Of a stretch of 64,000 nucleotides of DNA, positions 60,658 through 64,000 are shown one piece after another; positions within the stretch are counted from its first letter, which is position 1; the number at the start of each line of letters is the position of its first letter. The stretch is from the NCBI GenBank assembly GCA_973895155.1, contig OZ316895.1, forward strand, positions 24,247,538 to 24,311,537, read 5' to 3'. The stretch is from Marsupella aquatica (lineage: Eukaryota > Plantae > Marchantiophyta). The notes under the pieces are model-generated. The model did not search any database, was not told the DNA's origin, and was given only the letters and a program-made list of their open reading frames with translations. Position numbers and translations under genes: made by a program.

Positions 60658-62226
60658 AGACGGTAGCCACATTTTGTGTATTTACATTCTAGCGTACCTC
60701 CCCTTGCCATACCTCCACTTTTTTTTAATTTTAAATTTCCATCTTTTTTGGCATAAACTCAGCAAGAACCGGCCAGCAGGCAGGCCTGAGCGGCATGCAA
60801 GGAAAAGAAGACCCAAAAGGCGACACAGAGAGAGAGGCAAGGGCTCAGTTACCACTGGAAAACAGAGCAACACCGTGAACTCTGACCAGTACCAAAGTGT
60901 GTCTCACTTCAACTACTATAATGTGTAATGCTGCCAACATTTCATAGGCTGCTTACAACTGTGGAAAGTTTTGAGAGCCAACTTTACACCCTATATTGAT
61001 CTCACAATGAATGTCAAAATTCAAATATAAATGCCAAAACTTAAACAAAACGCCACATAGTTAAAAAAACCCAAAACATAGCGTCTAAATTCAAGCATAA
61101 TGCTCAGGACACTATATTCAACTAGATTCTGATATATGCGACTGGAACTCGATCAATCCCCAGTTGACAGGACTACACGGACTTGATGATGCCATACGTC
61201 CAATTAGGGAGTTGTCAATGAGATTTAACTTTACTCTTACCGCGAATGGAATGTTTAGACAATTGCTACACGGATTGTACTTAAAACATGGAGTAAGATT
61301 ACAAACTTTTGTATCAGATTTGACTCTACTATGAGTGCGGATTGAATTGAATTCACAGCCGAATCGACTTACACAAATGTGACTGCTCACCAACAGTTGT
61401 CGACTTGCTCTGTCACGATTTCTTCTCATGAGCTTCGTCTTACCGGCAACCCATGGACAGCATGATCCTGTCCTGCTCGATGGCACAAGTCCTTGACATC
61501 GCTGAAATCTGGTTGGCACCCATGGGCAGAGAGAGCTTTAGGCAAGCTAGATGATATTGACCAGAAACCTCAGGATTTTAATATTAACAGATCCATCCAA
61601 ATTGAAGGTGCCGCATTGATGCTGATCTCTTGCCTTGCATTGGGATCCTATCTCCAGGTGAGGCATTTTTTGTTCATTCAATTGGAGTGTGATATCTAAC
61701 TATAAAATTGCTATCCAAAACTACTCTTCATGGTCTACCCTCTAGAGTGAAACCTCTAGGCCCTGACTCTTGGGCATAATGGAAATTGAGGGTGAAAGTG
61801 GAAATAGGGATCTGGGCCAAGGTGTGTTTGAAAATGGCAAATCGGGCCTGCATGTCATCACCTCTGTTTAAGTTTGAAGGGGCACTCAGGTCATAGCCAT
61901 ATTGTAAACTGGAACATGTTGAATGTCAATGAAATTAGAAGCTGTGGTTTAAATCACTGAGTGTTATTCATACGTACTACACTGTATATTGTCATGTTTT
62001 GAAGTGCAATTATTGCTATATATACACGTTCACTAATTCTCTTATTCAGAATCAAGGTCCCCAAAAACTGGCCCGGAGAGGCATGGATGTGTGGTAACTC
62101 ACTTGAGTTGAGACTTTCCCTTTCTGTGGAGTTTAACTCATTTACCCTAAGTAAACTATTTTTTTTCAGAAAATGTCCCCAGGAACCTTAGCCTGAGTGC
62201 CCTGTTTAAGGATAATTAGCTAGAGG

Positions 62227-62346
62227 TAGCTAGAGGTGAGACTGTTTTGATTGTATTTACAAGGGTAATAGCTAGAGGTGAGACTGTTTTGATTGTATTT
62301 ACAAGGGTAATAGCTAGAGGTGAGACTCTTTTGATTGTATTTACAA
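62227..62346. repeat. 42-bp tandem repeat, ~2.9 copies
   Basis: TAGCTAGAGGTGAGACTGTTTTGATTGTATTTACAAGGGTAA at 62227, 62269, 62311. Confidence 0.9.
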
Positions 62347-64000
62347 ATATGTCATGTTTTAGTGTATAGCGACCCTGGTCACCTGGGCGAACTTGTCCTC
62401 CATATCAGTGGCATAGTTGTGAGAAAACACAAAAACTATGGCAGTATTGTCAAGTGAAACATCTTTACTCACAAACTAGTCAAAAATTGTTTAAATATAA
62501 TAACAGAGATTATAGCACATTGTGATTGCAATAGAGGGGAGACAGATGACTGTACCGCACTACTACGTACCACTGTGGTATTTGTGAAGAGAAGAGTGCG
62601 CTGCGAACGTCAACGACACGCTTTTTTCTCCTCCAAGCACACTCCTTCTGGGCAACGCTCAACACCGTTACACTGCTAATCGAGATTCCCCATCGCCGCC
62701 AAAGTATGAAACGGGCTGTCCTGACCCATTGTGCAACGCTTTGCTGCTGGAAAGGGTCCAAGGCTCCAGTGCCGCACATCGTCTGCCGCATCCACAATTC
62801 TATGAGAACACCAAGTTGTCGCATGTACAACAACGATGGTACTGGGAGTCATCTCTCAATTGTCTTTGTAGACTAACGCACATCTTAGGAAAAAGAGGCC
62901 GTCCGTGTTCTCAATTGAAGCAGATGAGATGGGAGTTAAGGAATGATTACGCATTCGCAACATGAAGTGTAATATCACATTAGAAAATATGCCCTGGACA
63001 TAATTATTGCTCATTCGAATTCTTCTTTCATACGTGACGCCATCCTCTCTCTGTGATAGTCATGTAATCTCGATCGCCCACACATAGCAGCCCGACCTAT
63101 GTGCCGCAACATAAGCGAAAAGAATCTACAGTAGGTGGAATTCTGAGAATCGAATTTGACCAATCAGGTTAATTAAGCCATGTAGCGCCGATGCGGCAAG
63201 GGATGCTACGTAGGGACAGCCCCTAACAAAAGGGCATTTGGATCCGGGTCCCACCTAAGAATTTGGAGGAGAGTTGACTAATATGTTTAATATATTCAAT
63301 CATTTTTTTCATTTTTTTGGGAGAGGGCAATAACAGCAGGTTATGCTGTGAGTTGGGATCCAGTATGCAAGCTTGTGACTCGGATAACAAGGTTCTGACA
63401 CGTGTGGTGGCTAAAGACTATACAGAAAATACCTTGTACTGTAGAGAATATGTTCATGATAAGAGGTGGGCAAGAGCAACAGACTTAGATATTCATTGTG
63501 GTTGTTTATCAAAGTCATTTTCTACGACAGGGCTCGGGCCTTATCCCAGCCCACACTGAATTGAAGGCTTGAATTTAAGGCTTGCACTTGTAGTACGTCG
63601 CATTTGGGGGAAATTGTTTAATGTTGGATCATGAATAGCAAGTGTGTATGCTGACAGCCTTCCTCTAAAGTCCCTCGTGTTAATCCTTCCTCGTGTAAAC
63701 TGGATCACTGTCTATGCACCAGCCTTTTTTCTAGCTTGCGACTTGAGAGGGGTGAGACAAATCAAACAAACAAAGATTCTCTGTGAACTCTCTTGGCCAT
63801 TTCCCCAAGCGAGTGAACTATCAAGCTATTCACTTGATCGAATGGTGAACCAGAAATTCCAGAAATTTCCTGAGGTTGAGAATATTTCAATATGGAAACT
63901 AATATAGGATCAATGGGGAAGGGATCTCCGTAAGAAACCTTCGAATGAAAGGTTGCATAAGGTCATGCAATTGTTAAATACGGTAGGGTGACATTGAGTA

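Noticed and set aside
59000-64000. Short ORFs and AACACAA-rich segments in the tail
   Set aside because: No recognisable domains, TIRs or TSDs.

Overview
Eukaryotic, intron-containing land-plant DNA (a bryophyte or other non-seed plant is my guess, not demonstrable here). Left to right: the 5' part of a degenerate Ty1/Copia element (1-1687); a minus-strand Dicer-like gene with PAZ, RNase IIIa, RNase IIIb and dsRBD but no visible helicase, whose RNase IIIb lacks two catalytic glutamates; probable Harbinger-type remnants (10.3-15.2 kb); a 40-kb nest of transposons; a frameshifted Expp1-family gene and a low-information tail. In the nest, a decayed Sola2-like element (carrying RPA1-C-like and RING-like genes) was hit twice, in opposite orientations, by diverged copies of a ~13-kb Sola1-like element (15739-28799, TSD AAAT; 33731-52814, TSD CTTA). 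The second copy contains a very young Copia element (46080-52682). The best candidate for an undescribed system is this 13-kb element. Both copies carry the same three genes: a transposase with three TNP1-like N-terminal repeats, a ~1400-aa ParB/DGQHR-like + beta-class N4C/N6A methyltransferase-like protein, and an FCP1/NIF phosphatase-like protein, plus arrays of a conserved 25-bp palindrome. Family names come from motif recognition only; no searches were run.
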